NCBI RefSeq assembly: GCF_001194135.2
Contig: NC_068996.1
Coordinates: 29,832,058 to 29,896,057 of the forward strand
Origin: Octopus bimaculoides
Taxonomy: Eukaryota
Reading direction: 5' to 3'
Length of the DNA: 64,000 nt
The position numbers and the translations under genes are program-made. The notes under the pieces are model-generated. The model worked only from the letters and a program-made list of their open reading frames with translations. It did not search any database and was not told where the DNA came from. Positions 1 through 13,239 of the stretch are shown piece by piece. Within the stretch, counting starts at the first letter, position 1; each line of letters starts with the position of its first letter.

Positions 1-1130
1 GAGAGAGAGAGAGAGAAACAAAAAAATTTAGGGGGAGTTAATGATGTTTTTATTAAAAGTAGTAGTGTAGATGGTGGCAGTGGGAGTAATAATAAGGGAG
101 AGAGAAAGAGTGGGTATGTGAAAGAAAGGGACTGAACACTGAATAACATACTGAACGAACTCAGACATTTAGCCTTTTTTTTTATGGTAACAGAGTGATA
201 GTAATAGTATGAGCTGTAGTTGTGATAGAAGCAGGGGCAGCAGTGATGGTAGTGGTGGTGGTGGTCAGGGATGATGGTGAGAGTAAGCGATGTGAAAGAC
301 TGTGGTGATGGTGGTGGAGGAGAAAGCAGCAAAGTCAAAAGTAGTGATCAGAAGTCTGAAAGGTGTATAGCAATTGTGATGGTGATGGTTGAAAACAATC
401 AACAGAAAGAGAGAGAGAAGGAAATAAGTTAGATAGAAAAAGAAAATTGTACTGACCCCTGAATGGGAAGATAAAAAATGTTGTTTACCATCTAGCTTTG
501 CAATAAGTTGCAATAAGTTCCAAGTCAACAAATTATATCATTGTTTTGATGAAAATTGTTCATTTCTTGAAGAATATTGGTCAAATTTAATAAAATTTAA
601 TATGTACTCAATGCATGAAGTGTCACTGCTGGGCCCAAGGCATAATGAAGAGCCCTTCACAGGAGCTAGCTTAAAAGCCACCCTATCAGGCAGCTTTTAT
701 GCTAATCACATATATTTCTATCTTAATTGAGGTTTGCAAACGGTGTGTCATTTCTAATCTGATACAGATAGAAAATTTGTTAAGTTTCAGTATGCATGAG
801 CTAACAAATTTTCTTATTACCATTGGGCTGTTAAACAACTTTCTGCTTCCACACATGTTTGTTGACATAAGTTGTAAGTATTCTGCAAATTCAATTTAAC
901 TGAAACCAGTGAAAAATATTTACATTGGTTATGTTATGGAAGTGATAATTTCTATATTAAATTGCTATCCAGGCCATGCTGATTTGCACTACTACCCTTT
1001 TCCCAGCAATTCTGCAAATCTCCCCTGCATATTCCATAGTCTTCTAAATTTTACACACCATTTAGCGAATATATCCTAAGCCACTACAGCTAATGGTGAA
1101 CCAGGTATCCACTTTTGAAAAGAGTGGAAA

Positions 1131-1137
1131 GTAGTAA

Positions 1138-1193
<56 letters not shown>

Positions 1194-1196
1194 ATA
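1131..1196. repeat. (TAG)n microsatellite
   Basis: Seen directly in sequence; explains the poly-Leu ORF at 1090-1272. Confidence 0.97.
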
Positions 1197-2716
1197 ATGG
1201 TTTCAAATTTTGATACAATGTAAGCAACTTCGGGGATAGCATCTTGTTGATTATACTGACTCCAGTGTTCAACTGGTAATTATTTTATCAACCCAAGCAG
1301 AATTTGTGCTCAAAAGGTAAGCATTTTGCCAAGCATACTAACAATTCAACTAGCTCACTGCCTTAATATCAATGATGATGGTGGTGGTGGCAGTAGATTT
1401 GGTGATGATGATGATAATAGGATGAGGGAAAAAATGACCAAAACGATTTGGACAACACACATTTTATAATGTAATAATATGTACTATATTATCACTAATA
1501 TAAAAAGATATAGCTTTTTAAATAGAATACAAATGCATTAGCTTTGAGCAAGTGTAATTTTGGGTGGATTATTAATGAATGTCAAGTCTAGTTAAAAACA
1601 AACAAAAAAAAACCTATTTGAGTTGAAAGAAATAATATCTGTTATATTAAAGTATTTGAACAGCAAATTCTTAGTGTTCAAAAAGTCTGTCAGGGATTTG
1701 AAATTGTGCATGAAAAAGAGAGATATTTATACAAATGCTACAAGTACACACACACAGAGGACAGTTATCTGTGTGTGTGCGTGTATGGATATCTATTTAT
1801 GGAGACCATTAACATTCATATGTATGTGCATGTAACAATAGCATTTGTTTAACTTTCTCTCACTATTTTCCCTTGATGATTTAAGGCATAGATCTTAGTG
1901 AAATTTATCAAGATTGAACATTTCTCTATTTTATCATTTATATGCTACCACTACTCATAGAAATTCTACAGCCTATTTTGTAGTACAGTACCAGTTATAA
2001 GCATAGCCTTACTCAGTAATATCATATCATTTTCTCCATATGGTTTTAACTTCTATAAATATTTCTATTGAGATCTGTTAAATGAAAATTTTCTTACCAC
2101 TGAAAGACACTCACTCATGTTGAATAAAAACAAGCCTAAAATAAATATTTGGCTCTAACATGATTTTGAAAATTTCCAATGTAGAAATTTAGCCATCATG
2201 ATTCAAGCAAGTATGGGAGGGAAGTGTCATTTTTTAGTCAGTCTGATTGTTTAAAAAAAAACATGAAGTCAAGCTTGTATGTAGATGTCTTGAAGTGAAG
2301 AATAACTGAACAATAATTTTTGTTGAGAAACAAAAGAAATACAGTAGGTAGAATTCTATTTAATATCAATTTGTACTTTTCTTTTTAATGCAGAGTCAAG
2401 CAAAACCAATTATCAAAATTAAGGTAAGTCTTAATAAATTTATTTTCTCTTCAATTATTTCATAGCAACATCCACTGCTAGTCATTTATATGTAGTACTT
2501 AAATGCAATAACATCCATTTCATTAGCAGGAAAAGTGAATTTTGGAAAGAACACCCATTTTTTTTTCTGGAATTGAATAACATTTATTTTTCTTTTTTTC
2601 GTGGTTGGGATGTCAATTGGAAAAAGTTAGAAGTGTTCAAAAAAAGGGAGTAGATTGTAATGGTGATTGTTGTTGTGAGATGTAGGGTTGGGGCACATTC
2701 AGAAATCATGGATTCA

Positions 2717-2943
2717 NNNNNNNNNNNNNNNNNNNNNNNNNNNNNNNNNNNNNNNNNNNNNNNNNNNNNNNNNNNNNNNNNNNNNNNNNNNNNNNNNNNN
2801 NNNNNNNNNNNNNNNNNNNNNNNNNNNNNNNNNNNNNNNNNNNNNNNNNNNNNNNNNNNNNNNNNNNNNNNNNNNNNNNNNNNNNNNNNNNNNNNNNNNN
2901 NNNNNNNNNNNNNNNNNNNNNNNNNNNNNNNNNNNNNNNNNNN
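2717..2943. other. Assembly gap (others at 9295-9851, 26413-26422 and 45859-45958)
   Basis: N runs; the X-rich ORFs in the track are artefacts. Confidence 1.
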
Positions 2944-3540
2944 TTTTTAAATTCATATTGTCTTAATGCCTTAAATATTTACTACAAAATTATTTTGCTA
3001 GATTTTTTTATGTCTTCCTTTGAAAACACAACAATATGAAACTGGTTTCCAATTTTCATCCATGGTGAAACATTTCAGAAAATCAAAGCAAAAAAAAAAA
3101 AACAAAAAAAAACTACAAAAATTCATAGCACTCAGATATCTAGTAAAATAAGGTCAGACAGTGTAACTCAATTGTTTAGATAGTGAAATAACATGCTTCC
3201 ACAAATGTACTAACAAGATTTGCACTGAAATTCTCATTTGGGAAAAGACAGTGTGTGAGAGTAAATTATGATGTCATAGGAGAGAAATGTGCCTACATGA
3301 ATTATGTTTCACTTACATTTAATGAATTTGCAAAGCAAGGGACTTGGAAATGCCATTATGCAAGGTTGCTAAATGTAAAGAATGCTTGGTAGTAGAGTCT
3401 GCTTAATGTAGATCCAACTGAAGGACCAGCTTTCTGACTCAGCTATCCTATCTTGGTAGATAAAGCAATTAAGGAGGGAATGATACCCAACGATTGGTGT
3501 AGTAGCATTATAGTCAGCTGTTACAAAGGTGATGCCTTAA

Positions 3541-5165
3541 CCCTTTAGCGTTTAAACTGGCCATAACTGGCCGAAAATAATTCCCCTTTATTTGTTTGAA
3601 TTGGTCAAATCCAGCTGTATTTGATTTCTCTACGAAATCACTAAAAAAATGAACAATCATGTTATTGATTTCTCGTAGCTTTGAGACAAGGCAAGATAAA
3701 ACCTTTCCTGCTTTTATTCAAGTAAAAATACTGTGAAATTTTTGAGACTTCTTGGTTTTTTTTTCAACGTTTGAAGAGAAGTATATATCTTAGTTTTTAA
3801 TGATATGGCATCAGCAAGCAGCAATTCCTACTTTGAAGGTTTTATACCCTTATTGATGTACAAAATGTAAAGGAAAACATTGATCTGTCTTTAAACGAAT
3901 CTAATATTGATATTTACGAATCTTAGTCAGATGAGGAAGATTTTGATAATGAAAGTGATAACAATGAAAATGGTTGAAGATTACTAAGTCAACCAGAATT
4001 CCTGATTTCACAGATAAGACTGGTTAACAACAGAGTCTACCTCCCGATGCTCAACCACTGGACTATAATCATTTTTACCAAAAAGTTTTTTTTCAAAGTG
4101 TCACAGAAGAAACAAATAAATATGCTCAATGAATAATTTCTATTCATGGAAGAGCTGATCCACTATGGCAGTCAGCTGGTACTGTAGAGATGCAAACTTT
4201 TTTTTACTATAAACATCTTCCTTGACTATGGAATTACTGGAGTCCTGATGTAAGGTATGATAATCCACATATCTCCAGCATTTTGTCTAAGACAAGGTAT
4301 TTGAAAATATCTCAATATTTGTATTTAGTTGACTTTGCTGATGCCCCCAGCAAAAATGACTCAAACTATGATCCCCTGTTATTGATTTTCTTTGTGATAA
4401 GTGGAAACAGACCATATGGGTCAGGATATGATGTAGTATGGTCTCTAACTGAGCCATTTCACCATCAACACCAACACTTCTATTTTGACTGTTTTTTTTC
4501 TTCAGTGGCTTTGGCAGAACATCTTGCCCGTGTAAGTACTTATACGTGCAGTACCATTATGAGCAACCACAGAGGTTACCCCATGAAATGAAATGAAATT
4601 TTTTTTAAAAAGAGGGGGACATTCTACAAGTGCAAAAACAAAATTTGTTAGCAACTTTTATACAAAGATAAAAGACAGATTTTTATTGTCTACTAATGCT
4701 GAGGGGAAACCCTTAGAGAATATTTGCTATAATAAATATATTGGTGGAGTTGACAAATCTGACCACTATTGGGCATACTACCCAGCTGGTAGAGGTACAT
4801 TTTGTGGCTTTTAGTGAATTTAACTATAGTTAATTGATATATTGTATATGTAAAAAGTTATAAGGTACCTCTGCCAATAAAGGAATTAAGCTAGCATGCT
4901 CTGCTGGATGGGTAATGTCAGTGTGTATGAACGACAGAGTGTAAATGATTTAAGAGGAAAACTGGGTATAAGAGACATCAAATTTTGTGTGCAAGAGAGA
5001 AGACTGCTGGTTTGATCATGTGATGCATATGGATGAAGATAGCTGCATATCCTCCAGCCAATACCAGCATGGAAAACAACATTAAGCAATAATGATGACA
5101 GGCAGATCAGTAACATTAACTAAACTAATTTACTGGCATCTACAGGTGGTGTGGTAGTGAAAGGG
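3541..5165 (+). mobile_element. Decayed piggyBac (PGBD4-like) transposon
   Basis: TTAA|CCCTTT ... AAAGGG|TTAA ends. Broken transposase motifs: MSKTRYLKISQYLYL, YFDCFFSSVALAEHL, YNKYIGGVDKSDH. An RTE-like fragment sits inside at about 4895-5080, and an RTE RT fragment (EGMIPNDWCSSII) abuts the left TTAA. Confidence 0.8.
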
Positions 5166-5338
5166 TTAATATACAGAAACTGGAAAAATTCCATATCAAG
5201 GACATACCATTATACACATTTTTATAAAGTAAGTTCAGAACATGGTTATTGATATACAGATAGATGTTCAATCTTTAAGAGTAATATAAAATAAGTTGCA
5301 AGAATGGATTATTATTTACAAATACTGTTAAAACCTAC

Positions 5339-5470
5339 TTTGTGTGTGTTTTTGCAATTTTATATAATCCTTCCTTTTTAAGTGCGGTTTATGATTTGAA
5401 CTTTTCTCTGAAGTGATGATAGGTGTGATTACAGACTTTTTCCGAAGGTCAACATTTTCATTAACATTTT
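5339..5470 (-). CDS. NUP98: Probable Nup96 exon ([19 protein letters not shown]...QKHTQ), 132 nt, phase 1-1
   Basis: Strong tttttattttcag acceptor, GTAGGT donor, open in the correct phase; no recognisable homology. Confidence 0.65.
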
Positions 5471-5796
5471 CTGAAAATAAAAATAATTGAAAATGTAATA
5501 AAAAAACATTAATGGTAGAAGTTCATTTTTGATATTCAGATCGATTTATTGTAACCACTTCACAATCGCATTTCTAACAACTATATATTCTTTTATTCAT
5601 TTACTTGTTTCAGTCATTTGATGGCAGCCATGCTGGAGCACTGCCTTTAGTCAAACAAATCAACCCCAGGATTTATTCTTTGTAAGCCTAGCACTTCTTC
5701 TATGAGTCTCTTTTGCCAAAATGCTAAGTTACGGAGACATAAACAGACCAACATTGGTTGTCAAGTGATGGTGGGGGGACAAACACAGACACACAA

Positions 5797-5835
<39 letters not shown>

Positions 5836-8800
5836 TACACAACGGCATTGGTTGGCCCAAGGCTACAGTAGAAGACGCTTGCCCAAGGTGCCATGCAGTG
5901 GGATTGAACCAGAACCATGTGGTTGGGAAGCAAGCTTCTTACCACACAGCTACTCCTGCACCTATAGATCAATAAATTTTCAAAACAACTTTACACACAT
6001 TTAGTGATAATTAAATTGATGCTTAGGATACAGCTTAAAAAACAAAATTTCACCTAATAAAATCCATTTATGTAATAATGAGATTCAAATTAGCAGCCTT
6101 AAGTGATCCTGAATTAAAAGCATGGGTAACAAACAATAAAGGTTTCTTATTTTGTTAGCAATTATCAGCAAATATAAATATATTGATACAATAAGTATAA
6201 TTATTTAAACTGTTAAGATCTATTCCAAAACAAAAAAAAAACACATTGAAGATATGCATACAATTTACATACCGTTTTCAGCATCTCCAAAGAAAGATGC
6301 CTTCATCATTTGTATGTTATTACTATTAACTCCTATTTCAAGTACAAGATTGTGTGGGAATGTTTCAGCTGGTTCAGCATTTTCCATTGGTTCCACTAAA
6401 AATGAAAAATAAATGTTCTGAAAGTCAGAAAATACATGCAAATAAATATCTTGTCTATACAGCTCTCCTGAAAAGTCATTCCCTCATTTCTGCTGTAACA
6501 GATTATTAAACTTAGCTTGAGCTACCTTAAATTTGTAGTATATCTTTGTTTTTTACTTTAATGTCTAACACAGATACTAACTTCGCCGTATGTCCTGATT
6601 GCTTTTCCTTGTTTTCTGAATCGTCTAATATTATCTTCATAATGGAAATGAAATCTCGATATTGTTATTTTAACTCAACTCACTCAAGTTAAGATTCTCT
6701 TTCTCCAAATAATTTCTACCAACAAAGCAATGGAGGTCATTTTGTTATTTTAAGAGCAATGGTTACAAAGACAATCAAATCATGTATCAATCAATACTAA
6801 GCCTGACAATTTTAAATTTATTTTATAAGAATTTTGATTGGATACTAAGTTGAAACCAATATTGTTATATTTCAGAAGCCATACTTCCACTGGTTGTTGT
6901 TGTTGACCTATACTTCTTTCCTCTTCCCTGAAACAGTGTTGTTTGTCTACATTCCCGACTTGATAGATCTGCTTTGTTTTACTTCTACCTTCATTTTAAG
7001 CTTTATGTCAAGTAGTACTTACACCGGTATATTCAATGCTGTCAGACATAGTAAATGTTGACAGATATTTGTCCTCATCTTGTTTCTTGTTAACACAACA
7101 TTTCAGCTGATATACCCTCCAGCCTTCATCAGGTGTCTTGGGGAAATTTCGAACCTGGGTTTTCATCCTTAAGGTATTTTTCGATGTTATTATCATTATT
7201 CAGTAATGTAACTAAAAAAAGGCAGTACCCAATACATTATACCATTGTAGTGACGCCTTAATAGCAGACATTCCGGAAAGCTTATCCACGCATGCACAGG
7301 GACTAGTTCCGGAAGGAATACAGGAAGAATCTCGTGCGCATGCGTGGTCGTTCGACACCCAAGCTTCGCGCCCTTTTTCATTCTCTTTTCTCGCCGGCCG
7401 GCGAAGAGCTCAGACGTACAAGCAGTCTCTCTCCAACATTCCAACTCTGGAGACAGTCTTTCCAACATTCCAACTCTGGAACTAGACAAATAACCACCAA
7501 CATCATTGACGGCGTCTCAGCAACCAAAAGGGCGAAGTGCTGCCTATTTCCTCTGTAAATAAATATTGTTGTGTTGATGGTTCAGAATCTGTGTTCCGTT
7601 GTTTCTTCTAGTAATTTGATGTACGGAAGCGGGTATACACCTAATGGTGTATAACTCCTTTCCTACACCATTATCTTTTCTATTCAGCTAGTCATCATTT
7701 GCTCTTGACACTTATCATCACTCTTTAGCATTGTGTAATTATGTCTCTATTACTGTCATTATCCTACAACCACTCTGTTTCTATCATCACTCTCTTGCAA
7801 CCTTCATCCACCTGTGCTGATTCTTTTTCTCAATTCACATATGCATTTATTCAACTTTTCAAACATATTAACCTGATATGAATGAACAAATATTTCAGTA
7901 CAGAAAATCTTCTACCCTTACAGGATATAAGGTAATCTCATCAGGACTGTTGCCATGAAAAGTATATTAAACAGACTCTGTAAAATGGATGGTGAATACT
8001 CAGAGATGACACAAAGCTGAGAGGGACCTTTAGACTTGTTGCAGATATGTTGACCTCTCTAGTGTCAGTGCCATGATAAAATACGACTAGTAGTGATTAA
8101 AAGGGTATCCAACCATAAAAAGCAAACCAAAAATAAAACTTACAAGTGAGACATAATTCTCTGACACGTTTAGTAGGGTAGTAAAATAAGAATTGATTTG
8201 AGCAGTGATGACCTGTACAACTCATACCACCAAAGGAAGTAAACAGTAAATGATGATTACGATACTGGATATTTCATAGATAGTACCACAATATTTTTAG
8301 ATGAAATTGCAAGATAAATGTCAATATAATTGAAAAATTTATTAATTCTAAATTTCAAAACTTAAACACTTACCTTCAAAAGATTTTTGAGAATAATCAA
8401 ATCCAATTAAATCAGACATTTCAGCATCATCTTCTGTAATGAGCCCATTAACTGGTAGTTGAGAAGTCGACTGCATAGCAGAATCTGAATCATTAATTTC
8501 TAACATATCTCTCTTTGTGAAAGCCTGAGGCACATTCAGGTTGGTATCACCATTAGTTGCACTGTTGGGTGGTAGTCTTTGCTTCTAAAACAAAAATGAT
8601 GTATGATTCAAAAAGAAATAGCTGAGATTAAATAGCATTGAAGAATAAAAGTGATTAACATATCATTATTCCAAAAGTAATAACCTTTGTATGTAAAAGA
8701 CAAAAATTATTAATTTCTAAGATAATCTACTAAAATCTGATTCCCTTAAAATACAAATAAAGATACAAAAGAAGTTTATCAGAAAATGAGAAAAAAACAA

Positions 8801-11800
8801 AACAAAACAATACCTCAGTCAAATATATATCTTACAGTGCCGGATTATAAATATACTCCCATATATTACAACACTCTTTACTGCTCATAGCTTTCAAATT
8901 TTACTGCCCTCTCTTTTAATCATTCCAGTATTAAAAGCCTCTCAACAGCAAAAATTTTAAAAGACACTTAACCCTTTCGTTACTAACCCGGCCGAAAAAT
9001 TTTTTGGTTCATAAGACTAACCCGGCCGTAGCTGGCCGAGTGTACCCATTGTTATTTAAATGTATATTTGAACCCAAATCTCGTTAGTACATTCGTTAAA
9101 ACACCTGATTTCACTTTGCAAACAGTTGAGTTATTGTCTCCGACATTGTTTGGCGTGATATTTGAACTCAGTGAATTTTGGAAGATTTTTTTCCACATTT
9201 TTTGCGGCGTTAATTTTTTTCAACTTTGAAGATGGAAAGGAGTTTCATGCTATCAAGCAGTGATTCCAAATTTGAAGGTTTTTCAACAGAAGATNNNNNN
9301 NNNNNNNNNNNNNNNNNNNNNNNNNNNNNNNNNNNNNNNNNNNNNNNNNNNNNNNNNNNNNNNNNNNNNNNNNNNNNNNNNNNNNNNNNNNNNNNNNNNN
9401 NNNNNNNNNNNNNNNNNNNNNNNNNNNNNNNNNNNNNNNNNNNNNNNNNNNNNNNNNNNNNNNNNNNNNNNNNNNNNNNNNNNNNNNNNNNNNNNNNNNN
9501 NNNNNNNNNNNNNNNNNNNNNNNNNNNNNNNNNNNNNNNNNNNNNNNNNNNNNNNNNNNNNNNNNNNNNNNNNNNNNNNNNNNNNNNNNNNNNNNNNNNN
9601 NNNNNNNNNNNNNNNNNNNNNNNNNNNNNNNNNNNNNNNNNNNNNNNNNNNNNNNNNNNNNNNNNNNNNNNNNNNNNNNNNNNNNNNNNNNNNNNNNNNN
9701 NNNNNNNNNNNNNNNNNNNNNNNNNNNNNNNNNNNNNNNNNNNNNNNNNNNNNNNNNNNNNNNNNNNNNNNNNNNNNNNNNNNNNNNNNNNNNNNNNNNN
9801 NNNNNNNNNNNNNNNNNNNNNNNNNNNNNNNNNNNNNNNNNNNNNNNNNNNTGAACCAATATTTACATGTGAGAGACACTAGCAGTACCCCCCACCCCAC
9901 CCAGTACGTGGAGAACTCAGAGACAAAAATTATGCAATAGAATTGATTAAGAACCATTTCTTTAATTATGTTCCAAATATCACATTAATATGTTGATAAA
10001 TAAAAAAGTTACAGGTGTTTAATGAGACTAGTCTAAATTCATGATTATTTTAGAATTTAATTGAAACTCATGAGGAGTGTATTTTGGTCAGAAATATAGT
10101 AACGAAAGGGTTAAACAAGTAAGGAGCATAACTAGGGAGGTAGCAAACCCAATTACTTAGATGATAAGGGACACCAAAACTGTGATGATAAGGGACAAAC
10201 AAAACTGTGCAATATATGAAATTGAAGATCTATGGTAGTTCTGGTGGATACTGAGTTTATCTTTGCTGTTATGTGCAGAGAAGTACTTTACAACATTAAG
10301 GAGATGATTGACATTATTTGCTACATACAATGTAAGTGACAAATGCAAGAAACATTAACTAACAACAATAGCAAATATATTTAATTGCTTCCAGTAATAT
10401 ATCATGCAAACATTAATGAAAAAAGCAAGACTTTTCCTACCAGATATGAAGCAAATGATAAAGAATAATAAAGATGTACAATAGGATGGGAAAAGGAAGC
10501 AAATTAACCCTTAAGTCCTGAGAATAAGATAACTCAAGTAAGAAAAACACTTGCTGATTACTTCTCACAAGGTATTTTATGATTCTACCCTTCCTTCTAA
10601 GATTTTATGTTATTGGTAAAATTATTTTTATTAATATATTTCTGTTAAAATACACTATCTTTTGCCATTAATTCTAAAATTAATGAAGAATTTAGCAAAA
10701 TAACCTGGTTAATAAGCTGGTGTTTGAGAATTACCATAAAATTTTGATAGCTTTTAGTTTATTTCACTCAAAATCAGAAAGTTTGTATAATAGAACCAGG
10801 TGTTGTCTCAGGTGGGTTGTTATCAATGGTATCTTTTATCTATGTCATAAAATTTCTCATATCTATTACTATAAACAAAAAATTTTGCAATCATTAGTTA
10901 CCTTTTGTCATGCAAAATCTAATATTAATGACACTTAGACCCACCAATAATATCTATTTGTATGCTATATGATTAATAACAAGTTCTTCGGAAGATAAAT
11001 ATGAAGGTTTTCACACTCAGAATATTGAGAACACACCATTAGCCAAAAGTATTAGAGAAAAGAAAAGAACTGATAAAAATTCTTCAACAGGATGAACCAC
11101 TGGAGGGAGCACTTACTAAGTAAAATTAATGTACAGATTGTGTTCAATCATACCACCTAATATAGTTTCTGAATATTTATAAGTAAATTTTTAGTTGAGT
11201 TTTTTTATTCCATTAAATTTAATTCCATGTTTTTGTTGTCTTAACTTTTACTTGTTTCAGTCATTACACTGTGAAGAATATTAGTCGAACTTCTCAACCC
11301 CAGTACTTTTTTTCTTTTGTAAAGTTTGGTACTTTATTCTATTGGGGTTTTTTTTTTGCCAAACTGCTGAGTTACAAGGATGTAAACACAACACTTGTAG
11401 TTGGAGACAAACACATACACACACAACAGGCTTCTTTCAGATTCCTTCTACCAAATCTACTCACAAAGCTTTGGTTAGCCTGAGGCTAAAGTAGAAGATA
11501 CCTGCCCAAGGTACCATGCAGTGGAACTGAACCCAGAATTATGTGGTTGTAATGCATACTTCTTAGCACACACACAGTCATACCTGCACCAATATTGTAT
11601 GTATTAATATTTTATACTGCTCCCTTCTCTGATTATTTCACTATTGCTTGAGCATGCAGTATATTCTCATAACAAATATTTTCACAATATTTTAAACAGC
11701 TCTTATTTAGTAATTCATGCTGAAAATTACATAGATATAAATTCATAAACTGGAAAGTATTTGCAAGTGAAGGTCTTAAAAAATCTTTGGATGCAAGAGG

Positions 11801-13207
11801 GTAGACAGCTTGTTCAGTCATTTCAGCTCCAGAAGTTGCAAGGGAAATAAAAATTTAATCAGGAATATAAATAGATCTTTAATAAATCAGTAGATAATTA
11901 GATACAAAATACTACACTTTCTTTTTAATTGATACAAAGTAGTAATGGATAGAATTAGCAAAGAATTTTAAATACTGTTAGAAAGTTGAAAGAAATTAGA
12001 GTAGATATGAAGGATAAAGATCAAAATTTTAACAGAAGGATTAAATAATATAAACTAACCTGAACTGCTAAATTTCTTTGGTGAAGTTCTTTCATGGCTT
12101 TTGTAACATCACGTGGTTGATCATCTTCAGAATCATCATCTTTGAGACCATATTTGGAAAAATGCTTAACCTAATATAAGAAAATAAAAACAAAAAGAAT
12201 TTAACAATATAATCTTCACATACACACACAAAGAAATTTGTCAAAGTTTGCCCTAATGGTAGGCAAGGAAAGAAAAGACATTTAAAAAGATAATCCCACC
12301 TCAAAAACCCATGATCCAGTTTCAGGTCGATAATCCAAAAATTGACCACCAAGATTTATTGTAGCGTTTTCAAGGCGTTTTTCATAATTCATAACTTTTA
12401 GTCTTTCTGGACTCTGTAATAAAAATGCCATTGCTTCATTCAAGAATTCAAAATTTTAAAGGAGGACAACATTCTTAAGTTTTTAATTCTTTAATATATA
12501 TATTAATTCTTTAATGTTTGTATAAGAGTGATTATAATAAAATTGAAATAATTTCAGGTAGTGTCCATGTACTCACCGAGATGATTGTTTTGGTTGTTTT
12601 ATCCAGAGGCCATACACAATCCAAAGTTATTTCAGCTCTTTTATTCAACCCTTGCCCAATCTCAGGTTTCATTATGTCATCAGGATAAACTGTTACTTCT
12701 TTTTTTCGGAAATGAACTGAAATGTTTTTGTAAGTTAACTTGAAAAATATTATGTGTAAGTGTGATAACATAGCAGAGATGATAAAACACCAAGCAAAAT
12801 GACAAGCAACAGTTTTCTCCTACATTTTCTTTTCATTTCTAAGTTTGTCAATCAAAGTTAGTAACTGTAATATACTTAACAAAAATAGGTCAGCTGTATG
12901 GTCAAATGTTTCTCATGAGGTTGGGGTGAGTTATAGATGAAAGGGAGACAGACAAATTTTTATCTATATCTATAAAATAGAGGATGTTTGTGTGTGTGTG
13001 TGTACATGAATGTTGTTTATGCACATCCACAAATTAGCACGCATGTCGCTCCAATTTTAGGAGGAGATTCGGAATGACCTTATGTGCATTTTGGCCAATT
13101 TTTTTCTCTCAGAGGTACCCGCGTATAGCTGTAAAAATCGATAAACTTTTACGAATTTTGAAGTTTGTTGACATGGCGAAGTCAAATCTGTGCGTACGCG
13201 CGTGAAG

Positions 13208-13239
<32 letters not shown>

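Noticed and set aside
1-460. Purine-rich GGT/GAT region and its 88-aa His/Phe-rich ORF
   Set aside because: Low-complexity simple repeat with no coding signal
6579-6635. Acidic-looking frame [15 protein letters not shown] with a GTTAGT donor
   Set aside because: It ends in phase 2, but the next real exon needs phase 1; rescuing it requires an extra speculative micro-exon
9226-9957. Long ORFs of 204-226 aa in the supplied track
   Set aside because: They are made of N-gap codons; the same applies at 2660-2966 and 45774-46010
11633-11821. 62-aa minus-strand ORF as a possible alternative last exon
   Set aside because: No in-frame acceptor and no homology
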